Below, piece after piece: positions 25,001-32,803 of a stretch of DNA of 64,000 nucleotides. Position numbers and translations under genes: made by a program. The stretch spans positions 27,135-91,134 of the forward strand of contig JAGDZK010000015.1 in NCBI GenBank assembly GCA_049115935.1, read 5' to 3'. The notes below the pieces were generated by a model that searched no databases, was not told the origin of the DNA, and saw only the letters and a list, made by a program, of their open reading frames with translations. The DNA comes from Bermanella sp. (lineage in GTDB: Bacteria; Pseudomonadota; Gammaproteobacteria; Pseudomonadales; Oceanobacteraceae). Positions within the stretch are counted from its first letter, which is position 1, and each line of letters begins with the position of its first letter.

Positions 25001-25266
25001 ACTCCATATTACTGGTGGATTTTATTAACCAAGAATTAGAAAAAGGCACAGATTTAGTTGAGGCTGCTATTAACAGCGCAGCCGTGCGCACCAAGCCTAT
25101 TTTATTAACCGGTGTGGCCGCCATGACGGGGGCATTCTTTATTCTTGATGATCCGATTTTTAATGGCTTAGCCATTAGTTTAATTTTTGGCATTTTAATC
25201 AGCACACTGTTTACGCTGATATTAATTCCTATGTTGTATTTTGTTTATAAGAAACCGAATGCTTAA
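22036..25266 (+). CDS. RND efflux permease (AcrB/AcrD/AcrF superfamily)
   Basis: 1076 aa with two large periplasmic loops; GILVDDAIVVVENI (TM4), AGIIVRNSILLVDF (TM10), RTKPILLT. Confidence 0.95.
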   Translation: MTQPSQNHDKPLGISGRLAKTFQNNAITPLLAIFGLLLGFFAIMVTPKEEEPQIDVTFANVYIAFPGASAKEVESLISTPAEQVLSEINGVDDIYSVSRPGMAILTVAFEVGLKRETAILNLYNQVYSHQDWLPTNLGASQPIIKPQGIDDVPIMSLTLTSRDPSTSTQQLTELAHALEVELKRIDGTRDIYTIGAQNDVVNVRLDPIRLSAYSITIDDVANTLLSANASAPNRNVYKQQAYIQVQAGNFLSSASEIKQLVIGLAKNGSPVYLSDVADIIHSADIPESQVLHFEQGNRSNQSAVTIAIAKQPGKNAFNITSDIEKRLAQLSNIVIPDNVQVSVTRNYGDTAKDKSDKLIAKLLFATAAVVVLVLATMSWREAIIVGGAIFITLAITLFASWAWGFTLNRISLFALIFSIGILVDDAIVVVENIHRHLHMGGKKILEVIPAAVDEVGGPTILATFTVIAALMPMAFVSGLMGPYMSPIPINASTGMLISLAIAFIVTPWLSFKLLANQLANNEQSHIHNKEKAEDNKTYQLFNKIMRPLIEGEKAAKNRLKMLALVVGLILLSVSLPVMKIVALKMLPFDNKSEFQVIVDMPEGTPMEETLVALEALGEELKASQYVKDFQLYAGTNAPINFNGLIRQYYLRNEPHMGDIQVNLVGKDQRDLQSHDIAMALRPKLQVIGKQYNANVKIAEVPPGPPVMAPIVAEVYGVNYEEQIKTAKSLRALFENTADIIDIDDSIEAAQQKTVIEIDRQKAAQLGVPYARIVSALDTAISGKDVSFLHSPQSKYATPIRLEYSEANKANWQILLNTKVRSITSQMVSIADIVTLNHGTIDHTIYHKNLLPVVFVNADMAGELDSPLYGLFDMSFKMDDAKTSGDGFGPEQYFINQPQVTNRPSIKWDGEWQITYETFRDMGIAYGVGMILIYLLVVAQFKSYLVPLIIMAPIPLTIIGVMPGHALFGAQFTATSMIGMIALAGIIVRNSILLVDFINQELEKGTDLVEAAINSAAVRTKPILLTGVAAMTGAFFILDDPIFNGLAISLIFGILISTLFTLILIPMLYFVYKKPNA

Positions 25267-25289
25267 TGGGAAACGGTAGACGGGGCATC

Positions 25290-25385
25290 GTAGGATGGGT
25301 TAGCGCGAAGCGTAACCCATCATTCAATTCAAACCATACCTGATGGGTTACGATTCTCACTTCGTTCAAATCTAACCCATCCTAC
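25290..25385. repeat. Inverted pair of GTAG-type REP elements
   Basis: GTAGGATGGGTTAGCGCGAAGCGTAACCCATC (25290-25321) and inverted GATGGGTTACG...CTAACCCATCCTAC (25342-25385). Confidence 0.8.
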
Positions 25386-25580
25386 GCCCTATCAAAGATT
25401 CAAAATCATACGAACCCGCACCCAGTGTGTCCCGTGAACGCAGTGAGTGTTTTGGGTATGCGGCTGAATCAAATGAAGAATAGATTTTGGCAATTGCCCT
25501 TCATTTTTTACGTCGCGCCAGAATATTCCATCAATACCAGCGTTTGAGATTAACAGCAAGTTAGAGGTATTTTCACTATT

Positions 25581-25607
25581 ATTCACCCGCAGGTGCGGGT
25601 TCGTACA
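25581..25607 (-). repeat. GTAG-type REP (family A)
   Basis: Minus strand TGTACGAACCCGCACCTGCGGGTGAAT; near-identical to 56686-56712 and related to 60403-60429; partial inverted copy at 25409-25422. Confidence 0.75.
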
Positions 25608-25776
25608 GTATCAAACATAAATTAGATACATTTGATAAACGGGCACCCGATCTGCTCCTGTCCCCCACCAAGCTACTAATATGGATAAAAAACAGTCAAA
25701 TCATATATAGAGATTTATTGGCTGCTAAGGCCTTTCATTCAGCTTCTATTCAGATAAGCTTGTTAGTATTAAATAT

Positions 25777-26148
25777 TTGAAATTTTTAGCAGGTTTTGAG
25801 TTGCACCTCATACTAATCCTATTTCTTTTTATATTAAGTAACGCTTGTGTGGCCGATGACACGCAAGCAGATAACTTCTGGGTGGATGACACCCTAGAAG
25901 AAATGGTGACACCCATTAAAAAGTGGGTTGAGACTCAAATGCATGAGAGCGATCCTGCCCCGCAGAAGCAACCAAGCGACAACGATTTACGCCAAGCCAT
26001 TAAACAAGCCACCACCCTGTACCCAGGCACGGTTTTAAGTGCTCAATACATTAATCAGCAATACAAAATAAAAATTATTTCATCACAGGGTGTGATTGAC
26101 ATCATCACTATTGATATGGAGGTCGAGCATGAAAGTCCTCATCATTGA
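25777..26148 (+). CDS. Exported PepSY-domain protein
   Basis: Signal peptide; C-terminal QAIKQATTLYPGTVLSAQ...YKIKIISSQGVI PepSY-like repeat; overlaps the response-regulator start. Confidence 0.7.
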   Translation: MKFLAGFELHLILILFLFILSNACVADDTQADNFWVDDTLEEMVTPIKKWVETQMHESDPAPQKQPSDNDLRQAIKQATTLYPGTVLSAQYINQQYKIKIISSQGVIDIITIDMEVEHESPHH

Positions 26149-26812
26149 AGATGACAACGTCTTACGGGAACAGCTGCGTCTTAGCTTAGAAAAAGCAGGC
26201 TTCACTGTTATGTGCAGCAAAGATGGCGAAGACGGTTTATTTCAAGCCAAGGAATTTGAGTTTGATCTCGCCATTATTGATATTGGTCTGCCTAAAATAT
26301 CAGGCTTAGACGTTATCATTGAGATTAGAAAAATCGGTTTAGCCTTGCCCATTTTAATATTGACCGCACGCAGTAGCTGGCAAGACAAAGTAGAAGGTCT
26401 TAACTCTGGTGCTGATGATTACCTAGCAAAACCCTTTCAGCTAGAAGAGCTGATTGCACGGGCGCATGCAATGATTCGCCGCGCATCTGGCTTTCCCAAT
26501 AACATTATTGAACATGGTCAAATTAAATTAGACAGCACAAACCAGTGTGTCTTCAGTGAAGAACGAGCCGTAACCCTAACCGCTTTTGAATACAATGTTT
26601 TAGAATATTTTATGCGCCACCCTCAACAAGTTATTTCTAAAACACGGTTAATGGATTACCTATATAGCCATGATGAAGAAAGAGACAGCAATGTTATCGA
26701 GGTACTGGTCAGTCGTCTGCGACAAAAGCTGGACCCTAACAATACTATTAAACCATTAGAAACGCTGCGTGGTCGAGGGTATCAGTTCACTCTTAAAGGC
26801 AAGTCGTCATGA
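26129..26812 (+). CDS. OmpR/PhoP-family response regulator
   Basis: MKVLIIEDD, DLAIIDIGLP, ILTAR, GADDYLAKPF, TLRGRGY; start ATG 26129. Confidence 0.93.
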   Translation: MKVLIIEDDNVLREQLRLSLEKAGFTVMCSKDGEDGLFQAKEFEFDLAIIDIGLPKISGLDVIIEIRKIGLALPILILTARSSWQDKVEGLNSGADDYLAKPFQLEELIARAHAMIRRASGFPNNIIEHGQIKLDSTNQCVFSEERAVTLTAFEYNVLEYFMRHPQQVISKTRLMDYLYSHDEERDSNVIEVLVSRLRQKLDPNNTIKPLETLRGRGYQFTLKGKSS

Positions 26813-28137
26813 CGTTTTCATTACGCAAACGATTTTTCATTTTTACCGCATTTGCCTCTGTGATCGTGATGTTTGTGGGCTCCTTAATCTTTAATTATGC
26901 GTATACCCAAGAGCTTAAAAGCGAAGCACAGAATAAACTGCGCTTACATATATTTAATTTATTATCGGTATCGGACTTTAATAACGACAACTTATCCCTG
27001 CCTATTATTTTATCGAACCCAGACTTTAATCGTGAGAAAAGCTCCATTTTTGCCTACGTAAGCAATGAAGATAATCAAATTATTTGGCAATCACTCTCTA
27101 CCTCTAAAAACGTCAATATCGCAACTCCCCCAGCCAAAGTTGGCCAGTGGAGTAACGGGGAAGTTGAGATTGATAATACGCAATACCTTTGGGCAAGTTA
27201 CGCAGTTAGCTGGCAAACAAGTAATCAATCTTACCGATATGTAGTGGCCGTCAGCAGCAAAACTCTGAGTGATGTTATCATGCGTTTTCGCATCTGGTTA
27301 ATTGGCAGCTTTATATTGGTCAGTTTACTTTTTTTGTTTATTCAATTCTGGGTGCTTAAACTGGCGTTTAATCCTATTAAATCTTTAAAACAAGAAATTA
27401 TCGACCTAGAGACAGGTAAACAAGATCATATTCTGAAGCAGTACCCTCAAGAATTAATTGGCGTTAGCCACAACATAAATGCGCTAATCAAAAAAGAAAG
27501 GGATCAACGAGAGAAATACCGAACCAGCATGGCTGATCTTGCTCACAGCTTAAAAACCCCTGTAGCCATTATTAATAATGAATTACACGCAGGCTCTGAA
27601 AATAAAAACGTAATTAATGCATTAATGCGCATCAATGAAACCATTGAATATCAATTACGAAAAGCGGTCATTAGCGCGCCACACGTGATTTCACAACAGG
27701 TAAATTTACAAAAATCAGTGAATGATGTGCTGTTTGCCCTAAAGAAAATTCACATTGATCGTGGCATTAGTGTCGAATCTCAAATTCCCAGCTCAGTCAC
27801 GTTCCCAGGTGACAGCAATGACATATTAGAAGTGCTAGGCAACCTATTAGATAATGGCTTTAAATATGCCAATTCAAAACTGCTCATTAAGGCATATATC
27901 GACAATTCCCACTTAACTATTATCATTGAAGATGATGGTAATGGCCTACCAAGTGATGATTGTATGGTTATTTTTGATCGAGGCTCACGCCTTGATGAAT
28001 CCCCAATCGGTCAAGGCCTTGGCTTGTCGATTGTGAAAAACATAATTGAAAGTTATCACGGCTTTATTTCGGCATCTGCATCTAATTTAGGCGGTGCCCG
28101 CTTTACCATTGAAATACCACTAAGGATGGCCCCATGA
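26809..28137 (+). CDS. PhoQ-like sensor histidine kinase
   Basis: Two TM segments, HAMP, H-box ADLAHSLKTP, GNLLDNG, EDDGNG, GQGLGLSIV. Confidence 0.93.
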   Translation: MTFSLRKRFFIFTAFASVIVMFVGSLIFNYAYTQELKSEAQNKLRLHIFNLLSVSDFNNDNLSLPIILSNPDFNREKSSIFAYVSNEDNQIIWQSLSTSKNVNIATPPAKVGQWSNGEVEIDNTQYLWASYAVSWQTSNQSYRYVVAVSSKTLSDVIMRFRIWLIGSFILVSLLFLFIQFWVLKLAFNPIKSLKQEIIDLETGKQDHILKQYPQELIGVSHNINALIKKERDQREKYRTSMADLAHSLKTPVAIINNELHAGSENKNVINALMRINETIEYQLRKAVISAPHVISQQVNLQKSVNDVLFALKKIHIDRGISVESQIPSSVTFPGDSNDILEVLGNLLDNGFKYANSKLLIKAYIDNSHLTIIIEDDGNGLPSDDCMVIFDRGSRLDESPIGQGLGLSIVKNIIESYHGFISASASNLGGARFTIEIPLRMAP

Positions 28138-28433
28138 AAATATTTAGCGTGTTTCTTATTACACTACTATTATCGGCTTGTTCATCTGTCACTATTCGTA
28201 CAGATGATCAACCCAAGTCTCATTCTTCACCTACTTTCCAGAAAACCTATACCTATTGGTGGTGGTATGCCAAAGGGGAGCATGACGTGAATGTACGAGA
28301 AGTGTGTAAAGGCCAGCCCGTAGAGCAAATGCAAGCTGTGAACACTTTTACGGATTCATTGGCATTTATCTTTACCCTTGGCATTTATTCACCTAGAACC
28401 GCTAGAGTTTGGTGTAAAGGAGATGCGCAGTGA
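28134..28433 (+). CDS. Bor/Iss-family lipoprotein
   Basis: Lipobox LSAC; paired Cys (EVC...VWC); TLGIYSPRTARVWC resembles the Bor C-terminus. Confidence 0.8.
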   Translation: MKIFSVFLITLLLSACSSVTIRTDDQPKSHSSPTFQKTYTYWWWYAKGEHDVNVREVCKGQPVEQMQAVNTFTDSLAFIFTLGIYSPRTARVWCKGDAQ

Positions 28434-28738
28434 AAACATTCAAATTAAAAAATATAATGACGGCAACCTGCCTTATATCACTATGCGGCTGCGGCACGTT
28501 GAATTTTGTTAATGGCGTTGAAGTAAATGATACGGTGAAGCGTGAGCAGTGGCACCATTCCGGCATCTTCGAATTTATTGAATTTAGCTCACCTATCAAA
28601 ATCAATTACCTATGTGATAATAAACAGTGGGATTCAATTACCATTGAAAAAAGCTTTTCAAATCTAATTGCCAGTAGCGCATATGTTTACACGCCTTGGA
28701 TTGCGTATTATGAATGCCGCGAGAATATTGATTATTAA
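28430..28738 (+). CDS. Second Bor-like lipoprotein
   Basis: Lipobox LCGC; WHHSGIF...YLC...YTPWIAYYEC; ATGA/GTGA-type overlap with the previous gene. Confidence 0.7.
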   Translation: MKTFKLKNIMTATCLISLCGCGTLNFVNGVEVNDTVKREQWHHSGIFEFIEFSSPIKINYLCDNKQWDSITIEKSFSNLIASSAYVYTPWIAYYECRENIDY

Positions 28739-28743
28739 CCGTT

Positions 28744-28774
28744 AAAAAAGGGTTTGCATCAACAAACCCTTTTT
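28744..28774. terminator. Bidirectional intrinsic terminator
   Basis: AAAAAAGGGTTTG...CAAACCCTTTTT between convergent genes. Confidence 0.8.
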
Positions 28775-28809
28775 ACTTACTCTTGCTTATTATTTAAAAG
28801 TTCGACCGA

Positions 28810-30864
28810 TTAAAACGTCATCTTCACACCGAATGAAAACATAGTCGGTAACTCCGATACCTCTTCGCGACTCGTATAGTCGTCACTATATTCATATTCC
28901 GAGACGTTCTGGCGCGCATATACATTCATCACTTCAAAGTAAATATCCGTCATTTCACTCTTTTTATAGTCAATGCGTACATCCATTGAATGGTTAGGTG
29001 GTAAACGTTCTGCATTTATTTTACCTTCAATTGGGTCATACAAATAAGGTTCTGTTCCACACCCTGACCCGCTATTGTCGGTTTCATAACCACTATCACA
29101 TTCATATATGGCCGTGCCACCTAAAATAGGGGTCACTAAATTGCCACTTTGATAGCGCCATTTAAAACCCAGTGTTACTTTAGCATCGTATTGATAACTG
29201 GCTACTAGGTTTGCAATCCAAGGGCGATCGTAAGAATAGTTAAAGCTCTGCCCTGTTATGGTATTCGTACGCTTAGTTTGGCTGTATGCAAGGGATGCCC
29301 AGCCATACCATTTATCCGTTAGGTTTTTATTAACTAAGAATTCAACACCATAGGCTTTCCCTTCGGCTGAATTAACAAACTTCTCTTCATTAGGTGCCGT
29401 ATCGGCATCATAGGCAGGGTTAGAAATCACAAGATCGTGTAAATCTTTATAATATACTTCTAGTTTTGCACTAATACTGTCATCAAGTTGATATTCAAAA
29501 CCTGTTACATAATGCTCACTGTTTGGCATTGATAATTCAGGGTTACCAATATCTTTTAAGGTGGCAAAAAAGTCTCTTGGGGTTTGAGTATGCTTGCCAA
29601 TAGCTGTGATTAATGTCCAGTTTTCATTTAGCTCATAATTAGATTGAAACCTTGGCTCAAAGGTCGACTCTTTTAAATATTCGTCATACACATTATTCAG
29701 CCCGAATGTCAGCTGTAAAAACGGCGTTGCCATCCAGTCGTACGCATTAAAGATCCTAACGGAATCCAAGGTCAGCTTATCTTTTAAACTAAAGCGATTA
29801 GCGGTTGATAATGGCCCACAAATTTCTAAGTCATCATTACAAGGATCATACAGGCCAGACATATTGTAACGTATTATATTTTGTGAAAACTCAATACCAT
29901 ACCGATAACCGTCGCCATTATTTAGCGGGGTTTCGAACTGGGTTTTAAAGCGATAATCATCACTGGTTGTGACAATATCGAACAATGAGCCGACCGAAAA
30001 TTTATAATCTTGTTCTTTATGACTAAATACCATCAACCCTGAGGTACCACCTGAAAAAATAGTATCGTATAAAATACCTTGGCTATTAAAGTAACCATCC
30101 GAATTAAACTTACCCACTATGCTGGGTTCTTTCCCTGAGTATTCAAAGTTTTCGCCTATTTCGATCGTCATATGGTCACGTGCACCAAGAGCGATAAATT
30201 TTAGGTTGCTGGTATCGCTTATTCGATAGTGATATTTCAATTGATAATCACTAAATTGTGGCACCTGTGTAATGGCGATATCTTCGTCTTTTTCTTGAAT
30301 TTCATCAAAGTACCAATCAAGTAACCCCTCGCGCCAAGAAGCATAAAACGCACTATTTTCTGTGACGGCCCCTTCAACTAATATACCTGCTCGCAGTAAG
30401 CTTAAATCAATAACGGTGGTTAAGCCTTCCCTGTAAGGATCACGTAATTTTGTATCTAGGACAGCACCAATGGCATTTGAATACTGACTATCCCATGCAC
30501 CGGCTTTTAATGAAAAGTCTTCAATGATGTTTGAGTTATAAGTACTATCACCTAAATTATGAAATAAATACCCTACCGGAATATAGTCTGTTTGATAGTA
30601 GTTATCGGCAGGACTTGAGCCCCTAACCGCAGGAGCGCCTTGCTTATTATCGCCAAGTACAACACCAGGCATGGCCTCAATGGCTCGTAACGGGTCACCA
30701 CCGGAGCCTGGGACTTTTAATAGTTTTTCAGTTGTAATCTTAGGCCCACTTTCTTGCGCACCTTTTATGTTGATGGTTGACAATTCAGCCACGTCTTCCT
30801 GTGCATTCACCTGCCAAGAAAAAATCACTAAACAACAACCAAATGAAAGAGTTGATGCTTTCAT
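28810..30864 (-). CDS. TonB-dependent outer-membrane receptor
   Basis: Signal peptide, plug (GDPLRAIEAMPGV...VRGS), beta-barrel features, C-terminal Phe. Confidence 0.9.
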   Translation of the reverse strand: MKASTLSFGCCLVIFSWQVNAQEDVAELSTINIKGAQESGPKITTEKLLKVPGSGGDPLRAIEAMPGVVLGDNKQGAPAVRGSSPADNYYQTDYIPVGYLFHNLGDSTYNSNIIEDFSLKAGAWDSQYSNAIGAVLDTKLRDPYREGLTTVIDLSLLRAGILVEGAVTENSAFYASWREGLLDWYFDEIQEKDEDIAITQVPQFSDYQLKYHYRISDTSNLKFIALGARDHMTIEIGENFEYSGKEPSIVGKFNSDGYFNSQGILYDTIFSGGTSGLMVFSHKEQDYKFSVGSLFDIVTTSDDYRFKTQFETPLNNGDGYRYGIEFSQNIIRYNMSGLYDPCNDDLEICGPLSTANRFSLKDKLTLDSVRIFNAYDWMATPFLQLTFGLNNVYDEYLKESTFEPRFQSNYELNENWTLITAIGKHTQTPRDFFATLKDIGNPELSMPNSEHYVTGFEYQLDDSISAKLEVYYKDLHDLVISNPAYDADTAPNEEKFVNSAEGKAYGVEFLVNKNLTDKWYGWASLAYSQTKRTNTITGQSFNYSYDRPWIANLVASYQYDAKVTLGFKWRYQSGNLVTPILGGTAIYECDSGYETDNSGSGCGTEPYLYDPIEGKINAERLPPNHSMDVRIDYKKSEMTDIYFEVMNVYARQNVSEYEYSDDYTSREEVSELPTMFSFGVKMTF

Positions 30865-30978
30865 TGTTTATACTCCACTCATAATATGCGCTGAGCATAG
30901 CAAGCTTTTCTGAATACTAGCTGAACAAAGCAATCAAGGGGCAATTGTTTTTGTCAACAGTGCATCAACTCAGTATGC

Positions 30979-32259
30979 TTGCACCGTTATCTATTTCTAC
31001 TGGTTCTATTTGTGACAGGCAATTTATTTAAATTCATAGGCTGCAGCTTCTTAGTGCTCAATATTTTTTGCACGGCTCTTGCCTATGCGCAGGTAGAATA
31101 CCTTAATAAAAATGAAATATTACCCACCTCTGATTTACCCGATTTACCACAAGCAGGTAACAACAACGCAACTAAACAGTCTCACAAAGACAATAACTTT
31201 TTTTATTTTAACCAGCCCTATGGCAGCGAATCACAATTTGGCCCACTAAATGTATGGGTTAATGTGGGTTTGGTAGTGCCGGGGCGATTAGGTACTCAAC
31301 CTCAATTAGATGAAATAAATTACGCTAAAGGCTGGCAACAACTTAATAGCAGTTTAACCAATCAAGAGGATGTATTAGATGAGTCTGGCGGTACACACGA
31401 ATCATTTAAAAAAGAGTTCATTCCTTTTGCTCACCCCTCAGGCGCTTGGCTTCCTAATTATTTTTTACACCTTTTAGGTGAAGGTATGCTATCGCGAAAA
31501 CTAGAAGAGTATTATTTATCACAAGACGGCAATAGCCCACTACAAGCCAAAGTTAAGGCCATTATTACGTTGGCAGCGGCTCAAGCGACCAATGAGGTCG
31601 TGGAATACGAATTACCGTGGGAGCAAAGATTAGACCCTCTGGCTGATTTTTATTTTAACTTAGCCGGTATCATTGCTTTTTCATTTGATGAAGTCGCTCA
31701 ACTGTTTAGCAACGATTACCTTGATTATTACTACTGGCCCGGCCAACCCATCATTGACCCGCAAGATAATGCGTTGTTTAACCAAGGGGAGCAGTATTAC
31801 TTTAGGAGCAAACTGGGGTTTGAAACCCAAACCAGTTTAGCCATTATCAGCGGTATGCCCGCCACCGGCATGGGAGTGTCATTCCCTGTCAATGATGATG
31901 AGCAACTGAGTGTTTTATTCGCAACCGATGTGGCAGTGAGCCACCCTGATGAAACAGTGGAGTCATTAGAACGTGGTACCGACTTTACCGCTAGCGAAAT
32001 TGCCAAGCTTTATAATCAATCCCTTAATGTGTATTGGGACAAAAAAGGCTCATTAATGGGCAGCTTAGCACTTAGTTACCACCCGTTTTATCAAGTGAGT
32101 ATGAACCTTTATCCTCACACCTACCCTAATTTAAGCATTGCTGGGATATCCCTTGCGGATATTGGCATTGGCGGCTATTTAATTGCTTCACAAGAAGGGG
32201 CGAACAGTATTGGACTTACCTTTAGTTTTTCCCCCGTTATGCTGGGTGTTCGCCGCTAA
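30979..32259 (+). CDS. Hypothetical exported/outer-membrane protein (DUF3943-like region)
   Basis: Long ORF with an N-terminal hydrophobic segment; PNYFLHLLGEGM...NEVVE...DPLADFYF motif and C-terminal beta strands; start codon uncertain. Confidence 0.6.
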   Translation: MHRYLFLLVLFVTGNLFKFIGCSFLVLNIFCTALAYAQVEYLNKNEILPTSDLPDLPQAGNNNATKQSHKDNNFFYFNQPYGSESQFGPLNVWVNVGLVVPGRLGTQPQLDEINYAKGWQQLNSSLTNQEDVLDESGGTHESFKKEFIPFAHPSGAWLPNYFLHLLGEGMLSRKLEEYYLSQDGNSPLQAKVKAIITLAAAQATNEVVEYELPWEQRLDPLADFYFNLAGIIAFSFDEVAQLFSNDYLDYYYWPGQPIIDPQDNALFNQGEQYYFRSKLGFETQTSLAIISGMPATGMGVSFPVNDDEQLSVLFATDVAVSHPDETVESLERGTDFTASEIAKLYNQSLNVYWDKKGSLMGSLALSYHPFYQVSMNLYPHTYPNLSIAGISLADIGIGGYLIASQEGANSIGLTFSFSPVMLGVRR

Positions 32260-32399
32260 CGCCTTACTCAGCAGCTTAATAGCTTTGCTACAGCTGACAC
32301 GATGCTGGTCATAACTTCAAAATATATAAGAAATACCCAGATTCACCCTGCCTTATTTGAACCCTTGTCTATACTAAAAAGGGAAAGAAAGGGGGAATT

Positions 32400-32756
32400 A
32401 TGTGGTTATCAGTGGAAAAATGGATCGCCCGCTATCATGCCTATCAGGCAAGATCACACTATAAGCGCCAGCGTTACGCGTTGTGCTTACACTATTTGCA
32501 CACACTCATGAATTGGGATCGACAGTTCTTAAATAATCCTATGTATGCAGGCTACATGGCCATTTGCCATTACCAGCTTAAACATTGGGATAATATTACT
32601 GAAGAAGTGGAAACAGCCTTATTTTTATTACGCCGCCATGTTGATGATAACAAAGACGCCTTAATTCTATGGCAAGACCTAAAAAGCCACCTTGCTGATT
32701 TACGTTATGTTCAACCCAATAATTTAGGTTTAAAAAAAGCAGGCGGGCTTAACTAA
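32400..32756 (+). CDS. Hypothetical helical (TPR-like) protein
   Basis: GGGGAA RBS; helical pattern YMAICHYQLKHW. Confidence 0.55.
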   Translation: MWLSVEKWIARYHAYQARSHYKRQRYALCLHYLHTLMNWDRQFLNNPMYAGYMAICHYQLKHWDNITEEVETALFLLRRHVDDNKDALILWQDLKSHLADLRYVQPNNLGLKKAGGLN

Positions 32757-32759
32757 TAC

Positions 32760-32798
32760 ACACCTGTAAAACACAAAGCAAAGGTGCTTTACAGGTGT
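32760..32798. terminator. Hairpin between convergent genes
   Basis: ACACCTGTAAA...TTTACAGGTGT 11-bp stem. Confidence 0.6.
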
Positions 32799-32803
32799 TG
32801 CTC

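Noticed and set aside
25392-25586. 64-aa ORF or RAYT transposase remnant
   Set aside because: It lies within the REP mosaic, and I saw no HUH or Y1 motifs in it.
30865-30978. Fur box upstream of the TonB-dependent receptor
   Set aside because: No convincing GATAATGATAATCATTATC-like match was found.
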